This document shows, in pieces, positions 29,648-39,791 of a stretch of DNA of 64,000 nucleotides (the first letter of the stretch is position 1; each line of letters opens with the position of its first letter). The stretch comes from Bryobacterales bacterium. Its GTDB lineage: Bacteria > Acidobacteriota > Terriglobia > Bryobacterales > UBA6623. The DNA is taken from contig CBDBIU010000004.1 in assembly GCA_965206025.1 (NCBI GenBank), positions 1,543,342 through 1,607,341 of the forward strand. Reading direction: 5' to 3'. The notes under the pieces are model-generated. The model had not been told where the DNA came from. It saw only the letters and a program-made list of their open reading frames with translations, and made no database searches. Both the position numbers and the translations under genes were made by a program.

Positions 29648-31384
29648 ATGAGGAAACCGCACAGAAGCCTGATGACGAGTCACCCACTTTCTGTCGTTGC
29701 CGAATCTGAATCTAAGCTGGAGGCGGTTTATTTCTACCATGACCGTACGAAGCATCACGTGGACCGCTACGCTCGGGCGTTGGGTTACATGGACTGGGCC
29801 AGCCAGCCGAACCCCTTCCGACGCTTCGAGAGCGCCCAACTGATCCCGTTGCCCCTGCCCAGGATCGAAGCGGAACCAACCTACGACGCGATCTTGGCCG
29901 CAGCACCCACCCCTGCTCCGATCGGGATTGGAACCATCAGCAACTTGTTTTTCTTCAGTCTGGCCCTTTCAGCCTGGAAGCAGGTGACGGGACTTGACGG
30001 CCAGGTCGGCTCACGATGGTCGCTGCGTGTGAATCCTTCCAGCGGAAACCTGCACCCGACGGAAGGCTACCTGATCTCCGGTCCCGTGCCGGGGTTGGCC
30101 CAGTTTCCAGGGATCTACCACTACGCCCCTTTCGAGCATGGTCTGGAGTTGCGCCGCCGTTTGACTGACGCCGAGTGGCGGATCCTCTCACCGCTTCTTC
30201 CCCCGGAGGCCTGCCTCCTCGGACTGACATCTATCTATTGGCGGGAGTCCTGGAAGTACGGCGAGAGAGCTTTTCGCTACTGCCAGCACGACGTGGGGCA
30301 CGCCGTCGGAGCCGTTACGATCTCTGCAGGCAGCCTTGGATGGCGCACCCGCTTACTCGAACGGGTGAGCACTCCGGCTCTCGAACGCCTTCTCGGTATC
30401 GATCAGCAGCAGGGCATCGAAGCGGAGCATGGCGACTGCCTGCTCTTGCTTCATCCAGGAGGAGAGGGCGTCCCAGATTTCGCTCCGCCTGAGGCGCTGT
30501 TGGCAAAGCTTGCCGCCGGAGAGTGGTTGGGCGAGCCGAACCACCTGAGTTCCCAGCATCACCCATGGCCGGTGATCGACGACGTATCGGAAGCCTGCAC
30601 CTGGCCCGGCGCTGCTCCGGTAGATGGCACGGAGGCCCCTTCGGGACTTCGCTTGTCTGGCGAGCGGGGCCTTTCGGCCTACCGGCTGATTCATGAGCGC
30701 CGCAGTGCCGTCGCCTTGGACGGACGGACTACGATCTCTTCCGGAACCTTCTACCGCATGCTGCAAAACGTCATGCCGGAAGCGAATCCCATCCCGTTTG
30801 CCACCCTACCCTGGCAGCCTACCGTTTCTCTCGTGCTGTTTGTGCACCGCGTCAGCGGCCTGGTCGAAGGGATCTACGTGCTCGTGCGTCACCCAGAGCA
30901 GTTGCAGTCTCTGAGGCGGAGCTTGGGTCCTGATCTGATTTGGGGGAAGCCCGAGGGATGCCCCCAATCCCTTCCTCTCTATTTGCTCTTGACGGGCGAT
31001 GAAAGAGCGATTGCTCGCACCGTTAGCTGTGACCAGGAGATCGCAGCGGACGGAGTCTTCTCAGCTGGGATGCTGGCAGCCTTTGACAAAGCTCTTTCCG
31101 CAGCTGGCCCAGGGATGTACCCGCGCATGTTCTGGGAGACCGGCGTCATCGGCCAAGCGCTCTATCTGGAAGCCGAAGCGGCTCGGATCCGGGCCACTGG
31201 CATCGGCTGCTTCTACGACGACGAGGTTCACCGGATCCTCGGGATCAAGGACCACTCCTGGCAGAGCCTCTACCACTTCACCATGGGCGGAGCTGTCGAG
31301 GATCCGCGACTCCAGTCCTTGGATGCCTATGGGCACCTGTCTGACGACCGCCGCGCCACAGCCGCCACAGGGAGAGTTAAATAG
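29648..31384 (+). CDS. SagB/ThcOx-like two-domain nitroreductase
   Basis: YH.RTKH, LRVNPSSGNLHPTE, WKYGERAFRYCQHDVGH, RRSA, TGIGCFYDD; start uncertain (29564, 29648 or 29672). Confidence 0.85.
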   Translation: MRKPHRSLMTSHPLSVVAESESKLEAVYFYHDRTKHHVDRYARALGYMDWASQPNPFRRFESAQLIPLPLPRIEAEPTYDAILAAAPTPAPIGIGTISNLFFFSLALSAWKQVTGLDGQVGSRWSLRVNPSSGNLHPTEGYLISGPVPGLAQFPGIYHYAPFEHGLELRRRLTDAEWRILSPLLPPEACLLGLTSIYWRESWKYGERAFRYCQHDVGHAVGAVTISAGSLGWRTRLLERVSTPALERLLGIDQQQGIEAEHGDCLLLLHPGGEGVPDFAPPEALLAKLAAGEWLGEPNHLSSQHHPWPVIDDVSEACTWPGAAPVDGTEAPSGLRLSGERGLSAYRLIHERRSAVALDGRTTISSGTFYRMLQNVMPEANPIPFATLPWQPTVSLVLFVHRVSGLVEGIYVLVRHPEQLQSLRRSLGPDLIWGKPEGCPQSLPLYLLLTGDERAIARTVSCDQEIAADGVFSAGMLAAFDKALSAAGPGMYPRMFWETGVIGQALYLEAEAARIRATGIGCFYDDEVHRILGIKDHSWQSLYHFTMGGAVEDPRLQSLDAYGHLSDDRRATAATGRVK

Positions 31385-31578
31385 TCAAGAGTTGTCCAAC
31401 GAGGCCGGTTGCGCCCGAGGCCTTTTGCACTGGCTTCGCGAAGCCGCTCGAACCGCTTCGAGTTCCTGCGGTCTGGCGAGCTAGGTCGATGCCAGTCTGG
31501 GGGATCATCATCGTTCTTCTTGTCTCGTGGAGCACAACGAGCTAATGGTATTCCAAATCGCCGCCTCCGGAAAGGCCT

Positions 31579-31800
31579 TTGCGCCTGTTGCCGCTCGTGC
31601 AGCTAGGTATCACCGTTGATGGGTTGTTGCCTCAGATGTCCGATTCGCCAGCATTGATCATTCTGGACTTAAATGCCAAGAGCCTCAAGGTGATCCAAGT
31701 TATTGGGAAGCTCAAAGCCGATCCGAAACTGAAAGACATAGCGGTCGTGGCCTCGGAACGCGCAACGTCATACTCAACACAGTGCAAGCGGCGGCGATGA
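31579..31800 (+). pseudogene. Response-regulator receiver-domain fragment
   Basis: PALIILDLN...I.KLKADP.LKDI.VV resembles the C-terminal half of a REC domain; no complete gene. Confidence 0.45.
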
Positions 31801-32204
31801 TCGCGCATGAGATGAGAGAAGCCGGTCGCAGCATCTTGCGCCTTTTTTCTTTTCCGACGGTGCCGTATCAGCCCCTAAAGCTCGGGATCTGCGATCCACA
31901 CTGCCACGCGTGCACTACCTGCCCGTACACATCGGCGCGTACGGACGGCCCCTTGCGGGTGCAATGCTGACGGTAAGCCTTCTCCAGCTCTCCGGCGATC
32001 TCATCAGGCATCATGCGCTCGATGTGCCGACGCTCCAGCGCGTAGACAAGCGGTTTTGGAACACAACGCGGGCGCGCCCGACGTTCCCAACGTGTTCAAG
32101 GCTCTCGGAACGAACGAGTGCTGGTTCCCTCCTACCACCTTACGAGCTGATCTGTTAACAGCATTCGGTTGTGACGGGTTTGCTTTTGCGCGGGAATTGC
32201 TTTC

Positions 32205-34400
32205 TCAGTGGAAATTAAGTCCGCTGAGCACAACCATGAGGACGACTGTGCCTGCAATCGCCGCCGCCAGCAACGCCCACACCAACCAGCGGCGGCCCCG
32301 GACGCCCCTTGCGCCGCTCGGGTATCCTGGCACGCAAGTAAAGTATTCCGCCTGGCGTCGGGTCAATCGCATACGCGCGTTGATGGCCCACCCGGAGGCC
32401 TCGAGGATCGCGCTTAGGTCCCGCCGGCGAAGCTTCAGATGAGCAACAAGGGAGGCAGGGACTGCTACGGCCGCCACCGCGGCCAGGATGCCGGCGAGGG
32501 TGGATTGCCAAGTAAGGCTGGCGAAGGTCTTCACAATGAATGCAGCCGAGGACCCGAGCGCAGCAAGAGCAATGCCTCCTCCCGCCAGTAGCCCACCAAC
32601 CACTTGGCCGGAAGGAGCCGGTGGGACTTGTGAGGCAGGCTGTTTCTTCGCGAAGGCTGCTTGGACGCCGATAACAGCTTCCGAGCCCGCGGCGTCGAGC
32701 TTCTCTTCCGCGGCGCCTGTGACGCTCTCGATCTTGCCCGTAACCACTCGCCCTAAGCGCTGGAAGGGCGCCATGACGGCTTCCCCTAAACTGACGGGAT
32801 TCTCGACGATCTCGACCACGAAGGCGTCCATCTCCCGACCATCCACCTCACGGAAAACGCCTCTCTTGCCTACGTACAAGTTTCCCCTACTGCCGGAGGT
32901 CACCGGAACAGCAACCTCATAGAGCTTTCCCTTCTCTTTCGATCCCACCTCCACATAGAGCACTAACATGTTGCTCGCGCGGGCGATGTTTGCGTGCTGA
33001 GAACGGTCGTGCACCCGGATGCTCATGTTGAAGTGACGGCCGTCCATGATTAGTGTCCCCATCTCAAAAAGGGCCCGTCTTTTCGGGTTGTAGAGGTCGG
33101 GAAAGCTCACAAAGTTGTTGGCGAACGACAGTAGATAGGCCTGGTAAAGGATGACCTTCTCCAGGAGGCGGACATTATCGAGAACGAAGGCGGTAGTCTT
33201 GCTCTGATCCATTAGCTCACGAGCGGCCCGAACCAATTGGGAGTCGTTCAGATACTCCCGCAATCTTTCAGCGCCCAGGCCCTTGACCCGGCAAGCCGGC
33301 TCCGAGTCGATCCAGTTTTCATGCGGGCTAAAGCACTCCTTTACGTGGCCCCACTGCTCTTTTGTCAGTTCCTTCTCGGCTGCGCCTTCCAGCAGTGGCA
33401 GGAGAACCCCCTTTCGAAGATCCTTGAGCTGTACGGCGTAATGGGGATTGATTCGACTGTCGAAGTCCAGCACGCCGTCTGGCTGGGGGGGAGCCAGAGG
33501 AGCTCTGATCAGCAGGGATTGGACGGCGGAAGGATCGGCAAAATCGACTTCCTCCAGGCGTGAGCTGCCTGCCAGCATCTGCTCACCGACACGGCGATCC
33601 AGGAGGAGGGTCTGGCAGAGTACGAAGTATTCATCGATCTTGTTCCGTAGGGAGGAGAACAGGGAGTAGGCGGAGGAGGTTGTCTCGCCCAAAGGCATGA
33701 CGGGGGAGAAGGGTTCCCCATCAACCCGCTCGGCCTTTGCTAGCCAGTAGAGGAACGACTCGGTCTCGGTTAGAAATTCATCCAGGTACTTCCGGCTTAC
33801 TCCCTTGGAACCGCTGGGATGTGAGTCGCCGCCGACAGTGGCAAGGATGTCGCTCAGAAACTGGCGGAGCGCGGCAGCGTCATCACCCTGTGCGGCCTCG
33901 GGCAAGACAATCCCCGCCTCGCTGACCGCCCGGTCCTCCTCCTCCTTCTTAATCCGCCTCACCTGATCGAGGGTGATCCGGGACTTTTCGGTGGAGCCGA
34001 GACGCGTCAGGATCTTGATCGCGGTCTCGACTATGCGCCGGCCCTCGTCGCTATCATTACGAATCGGAGCCAACACCAGGGCGGTGTTGCCGGCGTTGGT
34101 GCCGGCGTAGTCTTTCAGGTGTTCAAAGAGCCAGGAAATCGCTTGGCGAAGCTCAGAGCATCCTATGCGCCCGTCATGGTCGGTGTCCACAAGCTCGAGG
34201 AAGACGGGGTCACCGTTGATGGCTGCGATCGGAGCGCTCGTAGCGACCCAGTGGGCTTCATCCAGTTCGCCTACGCGACGTAAGTCCCAGGCGTTCTCGA
34301 GCTTGAGGTGAAGCGTGCTGCCAAAATACTGGAAGCGGAAGCGACCCCCACGATTCTCGTCCGCAAGACCGTCCTTTGGGCCCCATGCCATATCAGGCAC
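32205..34400 (-). CDS. Large conserved hypothetical protein: N-terminal EF-hand-like loop, C-terminal TM helices
   Basis: 731-aa ORF; DTDHDGRIGCSE loop; Gly/Ala-rich hydrophobic hairpin plus a terminal TM. Confidence 0.75.
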   Translation of the reverse strand: MPDMAWGPKDGLADENRGGRFRFQYFGSTLHLKLENAWDLRRVGELDEAHWVATSAPIAAINGDPVFLELVDTDHDGRIGCSELRQAISWLFEHLKDYAGTNAGNTALVLAPIRNDSDEGRRIVETAIKILTRLGSTEKSRITLDQVRRIKKEEEDRAVSEAGIVLPEAAQGDDAAALRQFLSDILATVGGDSHPSGSKGVSRKYLDEFLTETESFLYWLAKAERVDGEPFSPVMPLGETTSSAYSLFSSLRNKIDEYFVLCQTLLLDRRVGEQMLAGSSRLEEVDFADPSAVQSLLIRAPLAPPQPDGVLDFDSRINPHYAVQLKDLRKGVLLPLLEGAAEKELTKEQWGHVKECFSPHENWIDSEPACRVKGLGAERLREYLNDSQLVRAARELMDQSKTTAFVLDNVRLLEKVILYQAYLLSFANNFVSFPDLYNPKRRALFEMGTLIMDGRHFNMSIRVHDRSQHANIARASNMLVLYVEVGSKEKGKLYEVAVPVTSGSRGNLYVGKRGVFREVDGREMDAFVVEIVENPVSLGEAVMAPFQRLGRVVTGKIESVTGAAEEKLDAAGSEAVIGVQAAFAKKQPASQVPPAPSGQVVGGLLAGGGIALAALGSSAAFIVKTFASLTWQSTLAGILAAVAAVAVPASLVAHLKLRRRDLSAILEASGWAINARMRLTRRQAEYFTCVPGYPSGARGVRGRRWLVWALLAAAIAGTVVLMVVLSGLNFH

Positions 34401-34570
34401 ATTATGGCATTGTCAAGTTAACGGTGGTCGGCGACAATCGGACCGGCCCCCGGATTCCAGCAGCGACCGACCACAAATCAACGCACTCTGTGCGCCCGCT
34501 CGGAGTGCGTTTGTGTTCTTCGGAATCAGTCGATCGTGTTTTGTGACGATACGTCGAGTTTGCGATAGAG

Positions 34571-34662
34571 CAAGGCGCGGGACGCTCGGCGAGCAAGCGC
34601 AACGCAGTAATGGCGGGCCTATTGCGTGCTTCGACCGTCAGGTGGTGAGAAAAGCGGGCTAG
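34571..34662. mobile_element. MITE family A, copy 4 (truncated, internally deleted)
   Basis: Right end ...GTGGTGAGAAAAGCGGGCTAG intact; the internal block is deleted between two CGGCG microhomologies. Confidence 0.8.
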
Positions 34663-34833
34663 GGTGCTTTGAACAGCTACAAAACCGGTCGATACGGTGT
34701 TCGTAAGGGACTAGCGTCTGGAGGCACTAGGTCAAACACCGAGCGAGCCACTGAATGGCCGGCCGCCCCATCCGTCTTGTCGCGTTGCTAGACACTGCAG
34801 CAGTGTATAGGATCTATGTGCCATAATTGACCT

Positions 34834-35010
34834 ATGTTTGTCGGAAGCGGGAGGATTTTGGAGGCTAGGCGCCGTGGACCGCCGGGTCAGCGTCAGTCGG
34901 CATTGGGCCTATCTCCGGAGCAGCCGAAGCCGAGGCCTTACGATCGTGTCGTGGAAGTTCCGCGCGCCCGCCGCTACAGCCGCCGCACTGAGCAAGCCTA
35001 CATCTATTGA
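34834..35010 (+). pseudogene. intI: Integron-integrase 5' remnant (SAM-like N-domain)
   Basis: ...QPKPRPYDRVVEVPRARRYSRRTEQAYIY* matches the IntI N-terminal pattern (L.D.V...R.RHYS.RTE.AY..W); the Trp codon has become TGA and the rest of the gene is absent. Confidence 0.75.
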
Positions 35011-35103
35011 TAGGCGCGCGGCTGAACGGGGCCGGAAACCGAGGCAGGGCAAGTCCAGACACAACTGATTTGATAGCCACTCGAGCGGGAAAGAGAAGGA
35101 CCG

Positions 35104-37059
35104 GTGTTACGCCGCATAATCGTTCTTTCTAGTGTCGGGTTCCTTCTCGGTTTGCGAAGCCTGCTGCTCTGGGCCCAGCAGCCCGAGGACGGTGCTTCCG
35201 ATCCGGAGATTTTGTCCATGTTTCCACTCGCTGGGGAACGGGACAAGGTCTGGCAAGCCGAACTTCGGGGACGTTTCCTGCACGGAGCTCATGCCGTTTG
35301 GTTCGATTGTGAAGAACTGTACGGCTCGGTGAAGAGTCTGGAAACCATCAACTTAGATGCTGGAAAGGACGTTTCCGAAGGCTCCCCTAAAGCACCGCGC
35401 GAGGGCCAGCGCGTTCTGCTCGAACTCGGTGCTCATGCGGACGCCCTGGTTGGATCCCACAAGGTTCGACTCATTGCCTCTCGCGGCGTTTCCAACAGTT
35501 TTGTCCTATTCATCCACCGCGAGCCCGTAGTCTTGGAAAACCAGACCGTTTCCGGGGTTCCCACCGAGACTCAGCAAGTCATCTGGCCGGCGGTGGTAAG
35601 CGGACGAATAAGCAAAGAGGGTGAAGTCGATCACTTTGCCGTGGAGGTTCCTGGAGATCGTGAGTTCCATTTTGAAATGGTTTCCAGCGGAGCTGGTTTC
35701 GACCCCGGAATCACGGTGTTCGATCCCTCCGGAAGCTGGCTGGATGCTCACCGGCTAGTCCGCTTGGCCGACGCCGACGTGTACAGCAACAATAATGTAA
35801 ACCTGGTTGGCCCGGTCTCTGCCGCCAGCCTGAACCATCGGTTCAGAAAGCGTGGCCGTTACATAGTGGCGGCCGCAGCTCTTCTTGGACTTGGTGGGCC
35901 CGACTTCTCCTATCAACTGCGGATTGTGGAGAGCGCGAAACAAGCGGTTTCCCCATGGAAACCAGGGGGCGCGGCCAAGTGGGCGCATGGCGAGCCCCAG
36001 GAGTGGGAGGAGCGAGGGTTTTCTCGTAGCATCGAGCCGGACCGCCTGCGGGAACTTTGGTCCAGGACTGTCCGCGCGAGCAAGAAAGATAGTCAGGCGG
36101 GGAACGACGTAAGCGATACCTCGAGTCCTGAGAAAGGGTCAGCGTCAGCAACTCCTGTTCCCGAGATCCTAGATGGAGCGTCTCCGGTCCCTATCGTTCC
36201 CGTGGTCAAGGAACACGAGCCTAACGATAGGGCGGCGGAGGCGTTGAACGTTGAACTTCCCGTCATTGTTGAAGGCACGATCGATCGGCCGGGGGACTCC
36301 GACAGTTATCGAATTCACGTCACGGCGGGGCAGGCGCTGGCGTTCGAGATAGCCGCTCTCCAGGAGGCGCCGCCGGATTTCAACCCACACTTGGAAGTTC
36401 TAGATGCTCTTGGCCAAACGGTGCTGAACAACGTGTACCAGCAAATCGGGGGGGATGGAGACGATTGGCTTCAGTCCTTGGAGTCCAAGTGCATCTACAC
36501 GTTTGAGCAGGAGGGTGAGTTCATTCTCAAGATTCGCGACCTGACCCCGCATAGTGGTTCTTCCCGGTTTGTCTACCGTTTGCTGGTGCGGCCGCAGATT
36601 CCACATGTAGGAGACGTGAATTTGGTCGAGATTGAGGATACGCGAAACCACGTCAAACGGGCGTTCAACTTATTCGCGGGTGAAGCGAAGAAGCTCACCG
36701 TAGGCGTAGGGCAAGAAGAAGGGTTTGACGGACAAGTGATAATATCGGTACGGAATCTTCCGTCCGGTGTTGTTTGCCTGCCGGCTGTCGATGTCGAAGC
36801 GCCACAAGGGCCGGCGTTTGCGAAGGTTCATCCGGAACGGTTTGTTCCGCGCAAGCAGAATGCGACGTTAATGTTATATGTCCATAAGGACGCGCCGGCT
36901 ACGCCGTTGCCCCATTCGGTGATACTTACGGCACAACCCGTCGTACAAGGGAAACCGGGGCAGGTTTTTGAGGTCAAGGAATTTCCGATCATGGTGGTAA
37001 AGAGTCCGCCCCCCAGTCTGGGCGGGAAGACTTTGCCCGAAGCCGGCTTGCTGCCGTGA
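35104..37059 (+). CDS. Secreted PPC (pre-peptidase C-terminal)-domain protein
   Basis: Signal peptide; G.RGVSN, G.I...GE.D.F, E.EPND, G.IDRPGD.D.Y, GSSRF.YRL motifs; typical partner of DUF1553/DUF1501. Confidence 0.8.
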   Translation: MLRRIIVLSSVGFLLGLRSLLLWAQQPEDGASDPEILSMFPLAGERDKVWQAELRGRFLHGAHAVWFDCEELYGSVKSLETINLDAGKDVSEGSPKAPREGQRVLLELGAHADALVGSHKVRLIASRGVSNSFVLFIHREPVVLENQTVSGVPTETQQVIWPAVVSGRISKEGEVDHFAVEVPGDREFHFEMVSSGAGFDPGITVFDPSGSWLDAHRLVRLADADVYSNNNVNLVGPVSAASLNHRFRKRGRYIVAAAALLGLGGPDFSYQLRIVESAKQAVSPWKPGGAAKWAHGEPQEWEERGFSRSIEPDRLRELWSRTVRASKKDSQAGNDVSDTSSPEKGSASATPVPEILDGASPVPIVPVVKEHEPNDRAAEALNVELPVIVEGTIDRPGDSDSYRIHVTAGQALAFEIAALQEAPPDFNPHLEVLDALGQTVLNNVYQQIGGDGDDWLQSLESKCIYTFEQEGEFILKIRDLTPHSGSSRFVYRLLVRPQIPHVGDVNLVEIEDTRNHVKRAFNLFAGEAKKLTVGVGQEEGFDGQVIISVRNLPSGVVCLPAVDVEAPQGPAFAKVHPERFVPRKQNATLMLYVHKDAPATPLPHSVILTAQPVVQGKPGQVFEVKEFPIMVVKSPPPSLGGKTLPEAGLLP

Positions 37060-37089
37060 GGCTGGGACGCACGCGAACGAGGGAGAAAA

Positions 37090-39723
37090 ATGATTTTTCG
37101 CGACCTTCGCTTTCACCAGGGGCTACGAAGACGATATCTAACTTGGATATGGACCTTTCTCGTCGCAGTCTCGATGGCAGGGGTGGCTTGGGCGGCAGAT
37201 CCGCCGAAAAAACAAGTGGCCGCGCCGACCGCCCAAAAGGCCGCCGACCAGACGGGCGTGGCAAAGGAAAATCTTGCAAACAGGCAGGACGCGTCCAAGA
37301 TCATATCGATTCAATTGGCGCCCAGCGAGGTGGACCTTTGGGGCAGCAATGCCTCGCAGCGGTTCCTCGTAATCGGAAGGTTCGCCGACGGCATGGAGCG
37401 AGACCTGACGGCGAGGAGCAGCTTCACGATTGCCAACCCGAAACTGGCTGAGGTTTCCCCCCATGGGCGGGTCGCGGCTCTTCGGGATGGAGAGACCTTT
37501 CTCGAAGCTGAGGTCTCTGGCCGGGCCGTTCGAGCCAAGGTCCGGGTCAAGGGTTCCCAGGAAGAACGGCCTTTCAGCTTTGGCCGGGAGATAGGCGGAA
37601 TCCTTACAAAGAAGGGCTGTAACGACAGTCATTGTCACGGCAGCGTAAAGGGTAAGGGAGGCTTCAAGCTCTCTATGAATGCGCTCCATCCACGCGATGA
37701 CTACGAATGGATCATCGAAGGAGGCGCCTATCAGGTCCTGACAGCGGAGCCGGGTGGAGAGAGAATACCACGCATTGATTTAGAAACGCCGGAGAACAGC
37801 TTACTCCTGCAAAAACCCGCGTTTACTGTACCTCATGGAGGGGGTCAGATTCTGCCAGTGGGTTCCGTCGACTACGAAACGATTCTCAACTGGATTCGGA
37901 GCGGCGCTCCGTTTGGTGTAGAGGAAGGGGAATCGGCCAAGATTACCGATGTTCAGGTCTTTCCCAAGGAATTCATCTTGGGCTCTAACGGAAAACATCG
38001 CCTCCTCGTAACGGCCGAGCTTTCAAATGGACGAAGGGAAGACTTCACCGACCAGGTGATGTACTCGACAAACAATGCGGAGGTGGTCAAAGTAAGCTCG
38101 GAAGGACTGGTTGAGGCCGTCAAGAAGGGGGAGACTTCAATCATCATTCGCGCCCCGGGGTTTACGGTCAGCGCCCGAGTCGGCGTCGTTGCCGAACCGA
38201 TCACGGACTATCCGAGCGCGCCGCGGAAGAATTTTATCGATGACCATGTCTTTGCAAAACTGCGCAAGTTCCACATCATCCCCTCTGATCTCTCCAGCGA
38301 CGGCGAGTTCGTGCGCAGAGTCTGTCTAGACCTCGCGGGAACTCTTCCTCCGCCTGATCGGGTTCGAGAATTTCTGGCCAGCGGCGATCCGCAAAAGCGC
38401 GAGAAGCTGATTGAGATCCTCTTGCATTCTCCCGAGTATGTGGATTACTGGACGTTTCGCTTTTCCGATCTCTTTCGCGTGGCGCTTTACGCGGCGGGTT
38501 TCAGCCCGAACAAGACACATCCTTATTGGACGTGGATTCGCGACAGCATTGAGGAAAATAAACCCTACGACCGGATCGCTATCGAACGAGTGGCCGCTCA
38601 GGGAACGGCCGGCCCCGCCGCCCACTACATGCCCGGTGAGTTTCAGCCGTACGACAATATGGCCGAGCAGATCCGAGTCTTTATGGGGCGAAGGCTGGAT
38701 TGCGCCCAATGCCACAATCATCCTTACGAAACTTGGTCTCAGAACCAGTATTGGGGATTAGCGGCTTTCTTTGGCCGCTTGTCCCGTGTTGGGGGCGTGC
38801 TTGCGGACGTCCCCGGCGGAGGCTTCGCCAAGGGGGGGACGACGGGCCCGGCCCGGCCCATGCTGCATCCCAGAACGAAAGTCGAGGTCACGCCCGCGTT
38901 CCTCGATGGAAAAGTTCTGCCGGAAGCCGAATCGGCTGATCTGCGCATGGAACTCGCCGACTGGATGACACGGCATCCCTACTTTGCCGAAGCGGCGGTT
39001 AACCGGATGTGGAGCTACTTCTTCGGCAGAGGAATCGTGGATCCGGTCGACGACTTCAAGTCGACCGATCCTCCCACGCATCCCGAGTTGCTCGAGGCGT
39101 TGGCCGATGACTTCAGACGGAACGACTATGACCTGAAGCATCTAATGCGGATGATTGTTCAGTCCAGGACGTATCAATTGTCCAAGATCCCAAACAAAAC
39201 TAATGAAGACGACACCATCAACTACTCGCGCTCGTGGCCTCGCGCCTTGGACGCTGAGGTATTGTTGGACGCTATCTCCGCAGTCAGCGGAGTTCCGGAA
39301 TCCTTCACGCGAGCCTCGGGACCCGGCGGGACGGATCCGATCGGCTCACGCGCCATTCATATCAAAGACACCGATAGTTACGCGTCGCGTTTTCTGGACA
39401 TGTATGGCCGCACTGATCGGATGATGGTTCCCGAACGCGACCGAAACGCGAACCTGACGCAAGCCCTCCACATGCTGGTGGGCGCGACCTACACCGACAA
39501 GCTCTCCGCGGACGGGAGTCGGATCGATCGATGGATGAAAAACGGGGCCTCCGACGAAGAAGTTATTGAAGATCTCTGCTTGGCGGGCTTTTCGCGATTT
39601 CCTTCGGAAGAAGAACTAGAGGTACTGGGGGCGTTGATTCGGAAGAGTCCGTCACGACAACAGGCTCTTGAGGACTTGATGTGGGGCCTGATTACGTCCC
39701 GCGAGTTTGCGTACAAGCATTGA
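37090..39723 (+). CDS. DUF1549/DUF1553 protein with Ig-like (Big_2) domains and cytochrome-c-type motifs
   Basis: CNDSHCH, N.ID..V..KL, D.EF.RRV.LDL.G.LP, LDCAQCHNHP, VNR.W..FFGRGIVDPVDD, THPELL. Confidence 0.9.
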   Translation: MIFRDLRFHQGLRRRYLTWIWTFLVAVSMAGVAWAADPPKKQVAAPTAQKAADQTGVAKENLANRQDASKIISIQLAPSEVDLWGSNASQRFLVIGRFADGMERDLTARSSFTIANPKLAEVSPHGRVAALRDGETFLEAEVSGRAVRAKVRVKGSQEERPFSFGREIGGILTKKGCNDSHCHGSVKGKGGFKLSMNALHPRDDYEWIIEGGAYQVLTAEPGGERIPRIDLETPENSLLLQKPAFTVPHGGGQILPVGSVDYETILNWIRSGAPFGVEEGESAKITDVQVFPKEFILGSNGKHRLLVTAELSNGRREDFTDQVMYSTNNAEVVKVSSEGLVEAVKKGETSIIIRAPGFTVSARVGVVAEPITDYPSAPRKNFIDDHVFAKLRKFHIIPSDLSSDGEFVRRVCLDLAGTLPPPDRVREFLASGDPQKREKLIEILLHSPEYVDYWTFRFSDLFRVALYAAGFSPNKTHPYWTWIRDSIEENKPYDRIAIERVAAQGTAGPAAHYMPGEFQPYDNMAEQIRVFMGRRLDCAQCHNHPYETWSQNQYWGLAAFFGRLSRVGGVLADVPGGGFAKGGTTGPARPMLHPRTKVEVTPAFLDGKVLPEAESADLRMELADWMTRHPYFAEAAVNRMWSYFFGRGIVDPVDDFKSTDPPTHPELLEALADDFRRNDYDLKHLMRMIVQSRTYQLSKIPNKTNEDDTINYSRSWPRALDAEVLLDAISAVSGVPESFTRASGPGGTDPIGSRAIHIKDTDSYASRFLDMYGRTDRMMVPERDRNANLTQALHMLVGATYTDKLSADGSRIDRWMKNGASDEEVIEDLCLAGFSRFPSEEELEVLGALIRKSPSRQQALEDLMWGLITSREFAYKH

Positions 39724-39791
39724 GAAGATATCTCGGGGTTTGAGGCAGACCAGTCGTTCGTCTGCCAACTCATTCGGAAATAGGAGTTCAC

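Noticed and set aside
29419-31400. attC R'' candidates ATCTAAC (29419) and GTCCAAC (31394) flanking the SagB-like gene
   Set aside because: No complementary GTTRRRY or L boxes at a suitable distance.
34425-34530. ncRNA in the paired inverted repeats upstream of the 731-aa gene (GTGGTCGG/CCGACCAC; AACGCACTC/GAGTGCGTT)
   Set aside because: The hairpins are visible but match no RNA family I recognise; there is a single copy and no supporting evidence.
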